Virus record (IMG/VR): IMGVR_UViG_3300020197_000008
Location: 1-64,000 of that record
Direction: 5' to 3' (one strand)
Length of the DNA stretch: 64,000 bases
Origin: a virus
Below, in pieces: positions 35,624 through 47,300 of the stretch. Under the pieces are notes generated by a model. It was given only the letters and a program-made list of their open reading frames with translations. It did not search any database and was not told where the DNA came from. Position numbers and translations under genes: made by a program. Each line of letters opens with the position of its first letter. The first letter of the stretch is position 1.

Positions 35624-38600
35624 ATGGATAGTTTTGAACTAAATATAAATGACTTCGAGGATTCAAGAGCCTTTGTTCAAAAATTGGCCGAAGGGTACAA
35701 TCCAAAAGGTAGAGCCAGTCTTGTTACTTCAGGATCCGTTGACAGATACGCCAACGCCACCCTAACAAGCAGGGATATAACTGACATAATGGCAGGCGGT
35801 GCACTGGGTAGAAATCCCGCAACCCTAATGGATCTACACACCAGATTTTTGCAGTCGTCGCTTCATGGAATATTGAGCGCAGGAGCAAAGCACGAAAATT
35901 TTCAAGTACCGAATCCAGACTATACTGGGACTAAGGGCGAACAAGAAAATCTTTCTGGAACAGACGCTTTTCTTAGAACGATAACTGGCTCTATAATGGG
36001 AACTGGTCTTGCTCCTGCAAAAAACACAAATCCGCTTCTCGAAAGATTGGCCAACGAGTTTAATAATAATAAATCAATTTCTTACGTTGGTTCGTCAAAT
36101 ATGCCAGTGTTTAAACACAAGCAGATCCAGTATGCAGCAAACCCAGACGCTCCGTCACTTGGGGAAAGAACGGTCGCTATTGTCAATGATTTAAATAAAT
36201 ACGAACTGGAAATATATTATCTTAGAGGGGCGGAGCTCAATAAAAGAATTCCATCATCAGGTTTGACAATTGGTTATACTTTTGATATACCAGACGACCT
36301 TGGGGATTACGTGTTTCATCAAACAATTTCAAACACGCCAGGTTCAAAAACAGAAGAACGCGTTGACACTGGTCTAATTACTCAAACCGGAACAAAAGCC
36401 CTAATTTCTGCCGCGCTGATAGAGTGTCTTTTGATGTTAACCGATCCAACAAAAGGTACAGCAATAAAGGGTCAATTTAACGTTGACAAGGCCATACTGG
36501 CAAAAAATGAAAGAAGCGATAGGACCGACGAACAGTTAAAAAACAATATTGACCCAAACAACAGCAATGCCATATCCGATCATGTTTTTGGAAGAGCATT
36601 TGACATAGAGGGTGTTGGGAGTTTCACTAATCTTCAAAAATCAAAAGAACACTACGCAGCGGCGTTTGCGTTCCTTCTTGCCAGATTATCCACTCTTCCG
36701 CAGTCGCTTCTTCCAGACCTCATAATAATAAGTTCGGATGTTGCAAGAGACATAGGAGTTAAAGAGGGATTTGAATCAGCAAATTTTATTATTAAAACTC
36801 AGTATCCAAGTTTAAAGTATATTAACTTTGAAGGATCTGAACATCACAAGTCCAATATTCATATAAGTTTTGGCCCAAGTAGAGCAGGAAGATATGTTGG
36901 ATCACCAGGATGGACCACAAGCGCTGGAAATATAGTTGGTGTTCAACCAGGGGAAACTGCAGTAAACACACCAGAAGTAATTCTTGGGGCAAAAAACAAA
37001 GGATACACAAACTATCTGCTAAGAGGTCGGAGAAAGGCTTTCCGTTCAGGATGTGTACATCCTGCTGCACGAATACGGTCCTTTTTGCGAATTTACTGCC
37101 GCAATACTGGCTGCCATAGCTGTTAGAGAAAGCGGTCTAAATCCTGCGGCATTCAATGGAAAGTGTTCTGAGGGAAAAAGTTCGAATTCTTGGAATGGAG
37201 ATTATTCCTATGGTTTGTTCCAGAACAATCTAATATCGTTAATGAGCAAGAAAAACAATGCGTCAACAGGTGTACCAATACACTATGATCCTTTGAGTTC
37301 TCAAAACCCAGTTAATACGAGTATTCTTGCTCATCAGTTGGCTTACTTGCCAAGCATATCGCAGGGTCTTGAATCTAATGAAGTTGGAAAAAAAATAGTA
37401 TCTCTTCAAGACACTGGAAAAGCAGATGTTCATCCTGCTTTATGGTATCCGATAAATCAGGTTTGGTCAGTAATGACGAAGTGGGGAAGAAAAGATTTTA
37501 TGAACACCAAACCGCTATGTAGTTCTGGCGGCTTTGCTGCGTGGGGAGACTACGACGTTAGAGACAGTAATGGAGACATGGTTCCCAGATCACAGTGTGG
37601 TTTTATTTTTCAGGTAAAATTTCAAGACGTAGTTACCGCCTTTATTGGCTCTGGAAGACCTTTGCAAGATTTAGAAGCCTGGGTCAGACAAAACCTGCCA
37701 GTATACAATCCAAGAACCGCAGAATACATAGATGACTGGATGAGTGGTACGGTATTTCTTTCTCAATTTGATGCAAATGGTAACTTAAAAGACCTCAGCA
37801 AGAGTGCTCCGATTGTAATCGAAAATCCCAACAATCAAGGCTCGGGTCCAGTTGTCACACCAGGTATACACATTCAAGTACCTCCCGATAGGCTAGATCC
37901 AGTTATTCCAGTTATTACCACGTCTAAACCAGTAACAACAAGTCGTCCTGTTATACCGCCTCCTGACAGATTGGAGCCACCAGTTACGACGACCACCACG
38001 GCCGCACCAGTTACGACGACCACGGCCGCACCAGGTACGACGACCACGGCTGCACCAGGTACGACGACCACGGCTGCACCAGGTACGACGACCACCACCA
38101 CTACGCTTCCACCAGTTCTAACTACGCCTAAACCAATCATAGTCACCACTACGCGTAGACCCAGCTCTCTACCTCCTGACAGGCTGACTCCGGGACACCC
38201 CGCCGGAAATACAAATCCCGGTAAACCAGTAATTCCGCCAGTCGTAATTCCCCCAACAAATCCTTGGGATGGGGCTAATCGTATAACAACGTCTCGCCCC
38301 ACCACCACTAAACCAAATACTTCTCCCCCCACCAGCACCCCCACCACCACCACCAGGGCACCAGTCACCACCACCAGGGCGCCAGTCACCACCACCAGGG
38401 CGCCAGTCACCACCACCGCAAAACCAAAAACGATTAATCCAAAACCAACAGACACCACGTTTCCACCAGTTCTCACTGTTCCGCCTCCTGTTAAAATAGA
38501 TCCGGGAGTACAGCCAAAGCCAGGAGAAACCATTACCACCACAAAACCAGTTATACCTCAGCAACCTATTTCGGGTATTATAGATCCTTTTCTAATATTG

Positions 38601-40453
38601 AATGTCGCAGAAAAATTGCGAAGAAAGGGCACAGAGTGGATGTTGGGCATTGGCAAAGCGCGAACGAGGGGAACGAACATTGGATGTGAGCGATTTATGA
38701 GAATACTATGCGCAGCTTTGGGCATAGCTGGTGCAGAAAGGGTACAAAGAGACATATTCCCAAGCGGCTTCTCAAATGAGGGAGGCAAATGGGAAGATCC
38801 AGATATAGGATTCTTAACCCACAATAAAGAGTTGGGCGATGAGCCGCCATACCTCGCCCAACTCCCGACTAACGAAAGCGCCATGGAACACTGGAAGAAT
38901 ATTATAAAAAAGCAGGAGGAATCAACCGACCTAAAAGACGGAGTACACTATTGGAGAGCCAACAAAAGAATAGAGGAATTTAGAGATCGGAAATTCCTTC
39001 ATAAATAAGGAAGAATATAATAAATACTTAAAGACGTTATTAAATCCTCCTGCGGGATATTTGGTTTTTTGGGCAGACGATACTGCCCCAAATGGCGGTC
39101 TAGGGCACTGCGGTGTGTCAGTTGGTCCTGTTACTTCGGGATCCGCTGACCGATTGACCACGTTTGGGAAAAAGGTAAAACTTCTTAGAAACGATGAGCA
39201 ACATCATTTAATCCTTAGTGGAAAAGCGCTTGCCGAAAATGGTGTGGATACAGCTAATATAGTTGTATCGAGATATGTTGATCAATGGCCTAACAAGCCA
39301 TCCTCTCATAAGAGCATACATGGTCAGTACCAGGGTGGATCTGAACATCCCGGAAATGATTATACTTTTTTGGGAGTGTCTAAGACTTGGCTGCCAAAAG
39401 GCGCTAAATCTCAAGAAGAGAACGAGGGCAATACTCTAAATGAGGAGTTCTATAGTCCTTCATACTTCGTTAGTTTGACTAAACCAATAGATAAAGACGT
39501 AGTTTACGATTGTTTGAGAAAGGTGAACTTTTCTCCCGAACTAGCGGCAATCTTAACGTGCATTGCAGAAAGAGAAAGTAGTTTTCAACCAGGCCAAATA
39601 AATCCCAATTTCGAAACTGGAGATTGGTCAATCGGCCTTTTCCAAATGAATCTTTTGGCTAAATTCAACCGATCAGCTCTTTTGGTGAATCCAGATAGCG
39701 ATTATAAACTACCATTTGTTACAAAAAAGAATGTAGCAGGTAGTGTGCAAGAGGAGGTAGAACTAGTGCGAGGAACAGTTCTTGCATATTACCCTAACGA
39801 TGATTTTTTCGAAAGTATGTATGAGATAGGCGAAAGAGTAAAAGGGCGAGTGTCCGATCTCATTACCGCTCAAAGATCTGATAGCTATTCCGGGAAGGCG
39901 GTTGACACTATAATCAAACAAATGTACGAAGGATTTGTCAAAGGAAAAAAATCGGGACAGGTTGAGGAAAACAAAAGGGTAATAAAGAAATCGCTTTCAT
40001 ACAAGGATAAGGAGAATCCCGTGCTTTGGCAGCCGATAAATCAAGCTCTGATGGCAAGAACGTTTTGGATCTGGTCACACGGTGCATTTAGTTCCCTGAG
40101 TCAAGTTCCAGAAATAACGAAGCCGTTTGACACAGGAAACTATGGCAGCGGACTTTATCACTGGGGCGGTTATAAATTAGGAGATAGGTACGCCAAGGCA
40201 AATGGTTTTATTTTTAACACAAAATACGAAACTGCACAAGAGGTACTCAAGGACAATGAAAACATAACAGAAGCCGAAGCTAGACAAAGAATTGAAAAAG
40301 CTATTAAGGGACAGAGTCGGCGAATATATGCAAATTGACACCGATATAGACGATAAAAAAAGACTTATATATTCTAAACCAACTACAGAAGAAGATCTTG
40401 AAAGATGGTTTAATGGCGCTGTCTTGAATCCAAACGGGAATCCAGAACAATAA
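35624..40453 (+). CDS. multi-domain tail-associated peptidoglycan hydrolase (M15-like peptidase + SLT + Thr/Pro linker + CHAP/NlpC-like + SLT), ~1,608 aa, three CGGN events
   Basis: Joined at 37028, 38988 and 40318. Motifs SDHVFGRAFDI..NIHISF; IAVRESG..YSYGLFQ; GCERF..PPAGYLVFW..GHCGVS; IAERESS..WSIGLFQMN. The repaired stop TAA at 40451-40453 overlaps the AGGAG SD of the next gene. Confidence 0.75.
37980..38104 (+). repeat. coding tandem repeat, ~24-bp unit x5 (P[V/G]TTT[T]AA)
   Basis: CCAG(G/T)TACGACGACCACGGC(C/T)GCA units are visible directly. Confidence 0.9.
38346..38417 (+). repeat. coding tandem repeat, 21-bp unit x~3 (TTTRAPV)
   Basis: ACCACCACCAGGGC(A/G)CCAGTC repeated. Confidence 0.9.
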
Positions 40454-40461
40454 GGAGAATC

Positions 40462-40824
40462 ATGAAACACTATCCAAAATATGACCAGAGGATAAATTCC
40501 GAATTTCAATCTCGTCGACTGCAGGAAACGAAGCCTCGCTTTGGAACCGTTATTTCTTATGATAAATTGACAAATACGGCTATGATTTTAATGGACGACA
40601 AACACTCGAATACAATAGGAAATGCGCACAGGGGCGTTTCATGTCCGAGCATTCAGGGAATTCAAGCAGTTGCGCCCAACGCCGGCTCCCGCTGCGTTCT
40701 CGGTTTTAGGGACGACTCAGAGACCACTCCTTATGTTATTTCATTTATTGAGGAAGGTTCTTCTATCGGAAAGTACGCACCAGCCTACATGGTTGACACT
40801 GGCATACCAAGGTATATGGTTTAG
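40462..40824 (+). CDS. baseplate spike N-terminal OB-fold protein (gpV/gp5-like)
   Basis: RFGTVISYD..TAMIL..VSCP..AVAPNAGSRCVLGFRDD..PYVISF pattern; AGGAG SD; synteny. Confidence 0.65.
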   Translation: MKHYPKYDQRINSEFQSRRLQETKPRFGTVISYDKLTNTAMILMDDKHSNTIGNAHRGVSCPSIQGIQAVAPNAGSRCVLGFRDDSETTPYVISFIEEGSSIGKYAPAYMVDTGIPRYMV

Positions 40825-40827
40825 TTT

Positions 40828-41541
40828 ATGCAGGATATTAGCTCAAATTTAAATTTTAAATCACTAGCTGGCGATACTGCCACGGAAGTTGATGAAATTA
40901 GAAGAAGAAAAAACTTTTCGCCCAGAGAGGTGGGCATAACCCATCCTGACAATACTGGCTTTATACGAATAACTGATTCTGGAGATATAGAAATATTTGC
41001 TGCGCCGGGTGTCGGAATTATTATAAGTGCAGCAACAAAAACCATAGCCTTGTTTGCCGATAATATTAAATTAAATTCAAAAGAAGATGGTTTAAGGTGG
41101 AATATGAATACTTTTAATAGCTCTGCTACAGATTTTAGTGAACCAGCAATGATTCCAATGACCGCAAAAGACGCTAATCCAGGTTTTAAAAATGCAGATT
41201 ATTTTATTAATAATATTAAAGATTCTTATGGAGAAGATTTTATAAATAATATTACTATAAAAGAAGGATATGAGAGTGTGACTGAGACTGAAGACGCCTT
41301 AGCTAAAGGCTTACTTTTTCATAAAAATACAAAAGAATCGCCTATGTCAAAACTACTAGAAGCCTATAATCAATTGGAAGTTGAAATGTTAACTGAGTTT
41401 TGGACAAAAAACCAGCCGGCAATATCGAAGGCTTTTACTAGTTTCACATTTTACCTTGAATTTTTAAAAGAAAAAACAGATAATGGACTTAATATTTCAC
41501 AAATTTTAAACAACATCGCGCAAAATAATGGGAGTTATTAA
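40828..41541 (+). CDS. putative spike beta-strand-repeat protein
   Basis: VGITHPDNTGFIRITDSGDIEIFAAPGVGIII..IALFADNIKL resembles the gpV beta-helix segment. Confidence 0.5.
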   Translation: MQDISSNLNFKSLAGDTATEVDEIRRRKNFSPREVGITHPDNTGFIRITDSGDIEIFAAPGVGIIISAATKTIALFADNIKLNSKEDGLRWNMNTFNSSATDFSEPAMIPMTAKDANPGFKNADYFINNIKDSYGEDFINNITIKEGYESVTETEDALAKGLLFHKNTKESPMSKLLEAYNQLEVEMLTEFWTKNQPAISKAFTSFTFYLEFLKEKTDNGLNISQILNNIAQNNGSY

Positions 41542-41921
41542 TGTCTGATTTATATATTGACATAAGTGGCGATCTGGCAATAAATGGCCTTGGGGACCTC
41601 GCTACGGTAAGAGATCAGGGCACAAAAGACATACAGCATGTTTATATTAGGTTGATGACTGAGCCTGGTGACTTCTATGTTTACCCCCAACTGGGGACGC
41701 AGCTGTCAATGCTGTACGGAATGCCCCAGACGCCACAAACTGGCGACTTTGGTAAGAGATTAATACGAGCAGCCCTTGAAAGAGAAGGCGTATTTCAAAA
41801 TAGACAAATTACTATTGAAGCGGTGCCAGAAAGTGCAGATTCCATAAGATTTGATATTTATTTGGCTGGGAATAATTACGATCCAGTAGTGTTTTCCATA
41901 ACTCAGGATCTGGGAGATTAG
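41541..41921 (+). CDS. baseplate wedge protein, gp25/W-like
   Basis: DLYIDISGDLAI..GDLATV..RLMTEPGDF..YPQLGTQL; 126 aa; precedes the J-like gene. Confidence 0.75.
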   Translation: MSDLYIDISGDLAINGLGDLATVRDQGTKDIQHVYIRLMTEPGDFYVYPQLGTQLSMLYGMPQTPQTGDFGKRLIRAALEREGVFQNRQITIEAVPESADSIRFDIYLAGNNYDPVVFSITQDLGD

Positions 41922-41922
41922 T

Positions 41923-43092
41923 ATGCCATCAGCGGTGACAAAAACAAAAGAGCAAATGTTAATGACAGTTTTAGATGCTCTACAAAAAAACGCAGGAATT
42001 AACGCCACATCACCCGGCTCGATAGCCAGGGCCTTTGCGGAAACAATTAATTCTGAAATTTATGATCTGTACAACGCACTAAAGGTTACTACTGAGCAGT
42101 CGAATTTGTCAAGCGCCAGTGGTTTTAATCTTGACATGATTGGATCCTTGTATGGAGTTACCAGAAGAACAATATCTGAAGAACTGGCTCAAGAAAGACT
42201 TTCTGGAAATATAGAATTTTTTACAAATAGGGTTCATAGTGCAAATATTTTCATACCCGCAAAAACCTTAATTTATAATGATACCACAAGTTATTCCTCT
42301 ATTCAATATACCTACGAGCTTGTCGGAGAGGTTATTATTGAAGCTGGAAGCACCAGGGCGTACGGATCGGTAAAAGCAAAGTTTCCAGACAACAATGTAA
42401 CTGCGGTTAGAAATACACTGATTAGACATAATTTCATGGCTCCTCCGGGAATAGTCGTATTTTGCAATAACCCCAAAGAGGTTTACAGTACTTTAAATTC
42501 AGAATCGGATGACAACTACAGAAGAAGAATTATTTCAAAAATAAGAGGATCTAGTAGCGGCAGCGCGGAATCGCTACGATTCGCTACGTTGAGCATAAAA
42601 GGGATAAAAGACGTAAAAATAAGAGAGGCTTCTTTTGGAATGGGTTCTTGTGATGTTATAATTATTCCAGAGACTAGGTCAAACCTGAGTGCGCTAATAC
42701 AGATTGTAATGGACGAGGTAAGAGCTATAAAGCCCATAGGAATAAACGTTAACGTTAGAATGGCAGAAAGAAAACTAGTTGATGTTAGTATGTCATTGGC
42801 AATGAGGCAGGGAACTTCTGCGGCGGCAGCAAGAGCAGTAGAAAATCAAGCGAGAATTTTTGTTCACAGATATTTAAATTCATTTTTAATAGGTGACTCT
42901 TTGCTAATTTCTGAAATAGAAAGACAAGCAAGGCTTGCCTCTGATTTAATTACCTCAGCTGAGGTAAAGTCGGTAAGGGTTAATGATCAAAATATATCTG
43001 GCAGGAGCTTTACTTTAAGCGACGATAAATCCTACATGGCTGCTGGTTCATTGGGCATATATTCTGTTATAATGGGTAGTACAAATTATTAA
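41923..43092 (+). CDS. baseplate J-like wedge protein
   Basis: PGSIARAF..ASGFNLDMIGSLYGVTR..ESDDNYRRRI..IKGIKDV..KPIGINV. Confidence 0.85.
   Translation: MPSAVTKTKEQMLMTVLDALQKNAGINATSPGSIARAFAETINSEIYDLYNALKVTTEQSNLSSASGFNLDMIGSLYGVTRRTISEELAQERLSGNIEFFTNRVHSANIFIPAKTLIYNDTTSYSSIQYTYELVGEVIIEAGSTRAYGSVKAKFPDNNVTAVRNTLIRHNFMAPPGIVVFCNNPKEVYSTLNSESDDNYRRRIISKIRGSSSGSAESLRFATLSIKGIKDVKIREASFGMGSCDVIIIPETRSNLSALIQIVMDEVRAIKPIGINVNVRMAERKLVDVSMSLAMRQGTSAAAARAVENQARIFVHRYLNSFLIGDSLLISEIERQARLASDLITSAEVKSVRVNDQNISGRSFTLSDDKSYMAAGSLGIYSVIMGSTNY
43065..43073 (+). promoter_or_regulatory. host-type extended -10 promoter (TGTTATAAT) inside the end of the J-like gene
   Basis: Perfect TGnTATAAT 30 nt upstream of the ATG at 43104; AAGGA SD follows. 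Confidence 0.55.
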
Positions 43093-43103
43093 AAGGATGA
43101 CAA

Positions 43104-44294
43104 ATGTCAGAACAATCTTATGTGGTTACAAAAAAACAGATAATAAAAGCAAAGAATATGACTCATGCAAGAATGATATCCGAAGGATATAGGGATTTTC
43201 CTGGCCAAATTCTTCATGAAGAAATAGATACCACGGAAAAAAATGAAGAGTATGCAGATGAAGAAAGCATATCGTTTATCGAACCCGATGTAGAGAATTC
43301 ATCAGTTTTTCTTAGGTCAGAAAATAGGCGCTTAGCAAAACTGGCTGAAAAATATAAAAATGTTAAAAGTGAAGCCGTAGTTTCCGTTTATCAAGCAGCG
43401 TTCGATGCGTTTTCTACTTTTGAACTGCCAAAAATAAAAGCTCCAATCCTAAAAAGTAACAGACAAACCAGTCCAGAGGCGGCAGTTGCCGTTTTTTCGG
43501 ACTGGCAAATGGGTAAGGTAACTGCGAGTTACAATACACAAGTGCTTGAAAAAAGAATAGAATTGTATACTGAAAAGTTATTAGAAATTACAGAAATACA
43601 ACGACTGCACCACAATGTTGATGAGCTGCATGTTTGGCTTTTGGGTGATATAGTCGAGGGTGAGGAGATATTTGCGGGTCAAAGTCACCTTCTTGACTCT
43701 GGACTTTATAGGCAGGTGGGTGTTAATGGTCCTAGAATTCTTTCTAAATTTTTAATAACAGCTTTAGAAAAATTCAAGAAAGTACATGTCTTAGGTGTAA
43801 TAGGAAATCATGGTGCGGTCGGTGGTAAAATGAGAAAGCAGCATGATCCAGAAACCAATATGGATAGACTGCTTTATAAGATAGTGGAATTAATGTTTGA
43901 CAAAGAAGACAGAATTACTTTTAATATTCCAGATGGAAGAGGTGAAAGAAACTGGTATGCAATAGACAATATTGGTGATTACTCAAGTCTTCTTATACAC
44001 GGGGATCAACTCCCATCGCCAGCTCAGTATTACGGGTATTACAAAAAAGTTATGGGCTGGAAAGATGGGGCAATACCAGAACACTTCAATGATGTGTTTA
44101 TGGGTCATTATCATCAACAGTTTAAAATGACAATTGGCAGTAGTATATTAAGGGTTTCTGGATCTCCAGAAAGTAGCAATGCGTACGCTCAAGAGTATTT
44201 TTCCTCAATGAGCAGGCCGTGTCAGCACTTAATGTTCATTCATCCAGAGCATGGAGTTACTTCTGAATACAGCGTATGGCTAGATGCCGTATAG
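43104..44294 (+). CDS. calcineurin-like metallophosphoesterase
   Basis: The five family motifs in order: SDWQ, LGDIVEG, GNHG, HGD, GHYH. Confidence 0.85.
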   Translation: MSEQSYVVTKKQIIKAKNMTHARMISEGYRDFPGQILHEEIDTTEKNEEYADEESISFIEPDVENSSVFLRSENRRLAKLAEKYKNVKSEAVVSVYQAAFDAFSTFELPKIKAPILKSNRQTSPEAAVAVFSDWQMGKVTASYNTQVLEKRIELYTEKLLEITEIQRLHHNVDELHVWLLGDIVEGEEIFAGQSHLLDSGLYRQVGVNGPRILSKFLITALEKFKKVHVLGVIGNHGAVGGKMRKQHDPETNMDRLLYKIVELMFDKEDRITFNIPDGRGERNWYAIDNIGDYSSLLIHGDQLPSPAQYYGYYKKVMGWKDGAIPEHFNDVFMGHYHQQFKMTIGSSILRVSGSPESSNAYAQEYFSSMSRPCQHLMFIHPEHGVTSEYSVWLDAV

Positions 44295-44302
44295 GAGTGT
44301 AG

Positions 44303-47300
44303 ATGAAAACTTATTTACTTAGTTTTGTTACTCCTGATTTTTCTAAAAATGGAAAAATTTGGAGTACGCAAGGCGTTGACCTGTATGTAAATAAGTACTA
44401 TACTAACTATTCCTATAGTCGATCTCCAACTGGATTAAACTCGATTGGAGATTTTGTTTTTACTGGCACTGAAGTTTTGTCAAACGCAACTCCAACTATA
44501 GCTGAAGCAGTTGAGATCACAAATTATCGGAGAGTTGGTAGACGATAAAAATATTTTGGAATACTATCTGTTCAACTCAGAGTCTTTTCAAAATCAAAAC
44601 CTTGTTTTCAATCCAGATTCATCTTCTACTCCAGTTTTTACTGCGGATTCTTTTATCGCAAGAAACTTAAGATTTGTTGATACCTCATCAAGAATTGATG
44701 TAAGAACATTTAAGGGGGCCTTTTCCTCTATTATAAATACGGTTGAAGATATACAATTTACTTTAAATTTTTACGAATCTGATAGTCTGAATCGGTCCAT
44801 ATTTTTTGTCGACAACCGCCGAATCAAGCGCAATTGCCTCAATTCTGCTAGCAAAAAACTCTAAGAGATATGGAAAGTTTGAAGTAGTACTTAACACGGA
44901 ATTAACAGACTTAAGTGGTTTGTCGTTTGTGCTTTTGGTCGAAATTGCTATAGGCAATCCTATTAGCCCCGTCTTGTTTCAATCATCTAAGAACATACTT
45001 AAGAAATTTCCATCGTGGATGGCCCTAACAAACGACTCGCTTGATCAGGCAACACCAGATTCGTATGTTCCCAAAACAACTGCAGGAAAATTTATAAATG
45101 CAGTAGTCGGAGAGAACCTTGATGAATTTGATAGAGAGCTAGATCTTTTGAGGATAAATTCATTTTTGGATAGAGCCGACGAAAATCAAACTTGTTGGTT
45201 TTATTCTTCCGAAAATGTTAGTACAACTTTCCACAAAATATTAGCCAATGGTGTAGAGCTGACTAGGGTAGACGATCTTTCTGATTTTTTTAGATGTAAA
45301 AAAACTGATTATGTTTTTTATCATAACGCAGAAGATAGGCAGATCTTTACTTTAATAAAATACCATACCCTTGTAGCAAAGAATGAAAATTTTCAATCAA
45401 CCCCGTTATCTCAAGCGCCTGTTCAAAAATTTAACTGGTTTGACGAGCTGGGTTTAAGAGTTGGAGTTACTAGATTGCATCTTGAGGATAATTTGTCATT
45501 TAAAAAAAGAATAATTGACGCATCGGTAAACCCAAACGGAACAGACGTTGAAGCATTTAAGAAGACCCTAAGAAGAGAATTGAATTTATGGAAGGCATTT
45601 TCTGAAGATCAGATTGATTCGGTGTACTATCCTCAAACATACGACTATTTACAAAGCTCTGGGTCAACTCCCGAAGTGCTAGAAATGTCAGACATAATAT
45701 ATTCTACTCCATACTTTTTCCCCGATAAAAATCACACTGATAAATTCGTAGAATTTGTAAAACAATTAAATGTCAACTATCCAAACAACTGGGGTTATTT
45801 TAAGTTTGATGATTCGCTGTGGGACTATGCAGGTTTAAATGAAGATGGTGTTTCCAGGTTAGCAGCAAGATATTATGATGATAAAATTGATCATGGTTTT
45901 TATCGACCAGGAATTGGCGATCAAGATGACCTAAAGTTGTCAATTAAAGATTTTAATGCAACACCGATATTTTTTCAAACAAACTTAGAAGCAAGAGGAA
46001 TCAAAAAAACAGGCTCAACACCAGCTTATCATCCAATTAATATGGAGATTGATTACTACTCAGATTACAGCATAGTAGACTATGACAACCCTCTGGCAAC
46101 AATAAACTATACTCTTGAATTTCATGCTACACCACATGGCCTATATTCAACTCCAACCGTTTTTTATTCAACGCAATCAATTTATCCCAAAAACACGGGC
46201 CCGTATTCGGTGTCAAATCCACCCCAATGGATAGTGGGTGATATTTTTGATACCGAAGGATTTGTCGTTAGTGATATGGGTGTTAAAAATAAAAATGATG
46301 GTAAACCTTATTCAAACACATTAAGAGGCGTCGCTACAAACAGGCTTGATATAAATCATGTAAAAAACATTTTACTCAAACTTGGACTTTGGAACGGTTC
46401 GTCCTACGTGCAAAAACTTTCTTCAGACTCCGGACAAATAAGGTTCTCGAACCTGCCAAATAATATTTTGAACTTTTCAAATTTAAATTCTCAAATTTCT
46501 GCAACTCCATTCTTAAATCAATCAACCAAAATTCAGGCGGCTTCAAATCTCTGGAATCAATCCGAAAAAATAAAACAAACAATAAAACAAGACGCAGAAA
46601 TTATATTGAATCCCGCTTCTGCGTCTCCTCCTGTCAGTTATTCGATAAATGTTCCGTTAATGATAAACACAATACCCTATCCCCCTGGGGCTATACCCAG
46701 GTATGTTTATGTGGAAAATAAAAAACCTACAGAAAATATAATTGCAGGAATTCCATCTAGCTCTTCATCTGGAATAGAGGGTTATGGTGGCTATATTTTT
46801 GATCCAAACGTCAATTCTAACCTTTTTGTGCCGTCTTCTCCAAACGTAAAAGTTCATCTTGTTGGAGGTGGTGGTAACGATACAGAGTTTAATCCATATT
46901 TCTCGACAATAAAATTTCCCCACAATGCTACTCCAAATCAAATAGTTCTATCTGCACAGGATGGGAGCGCTTATCCTAAAGAAAAAACTACATGGCTACC
47001 CTTTGTAGCTTATTCAACCCCAATTACTGGGTATGTTGACGAATATGGTTTTGTCGGATATAGGGCGGAAAACGGGGAATTTATTCCCAGCATGAATTCT
47101 GATTCAATACTGATTCCAGAAATATCTAGAGAAACCTTTGGTATTTCTGGTTCTGCAAAGTTCGAATACTTTTTTGAAAGTATATCCATGATTGACCCTG
47201 AAGACATTGATGTCTTTATTTGGTCTGAACAAAAAATAGTAAATCCCTTTTTAAATAAAAATTATACTTTTAAATCAAATTCAATACCAACGATCTTGGC

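Noticed and set aside
37980-38417. Repeats as a CRISPR array or DGR repeat
   Set aside because: No unique spacers and no Cas or reverse transcriptase gene; the units are in-frame codon repeats.
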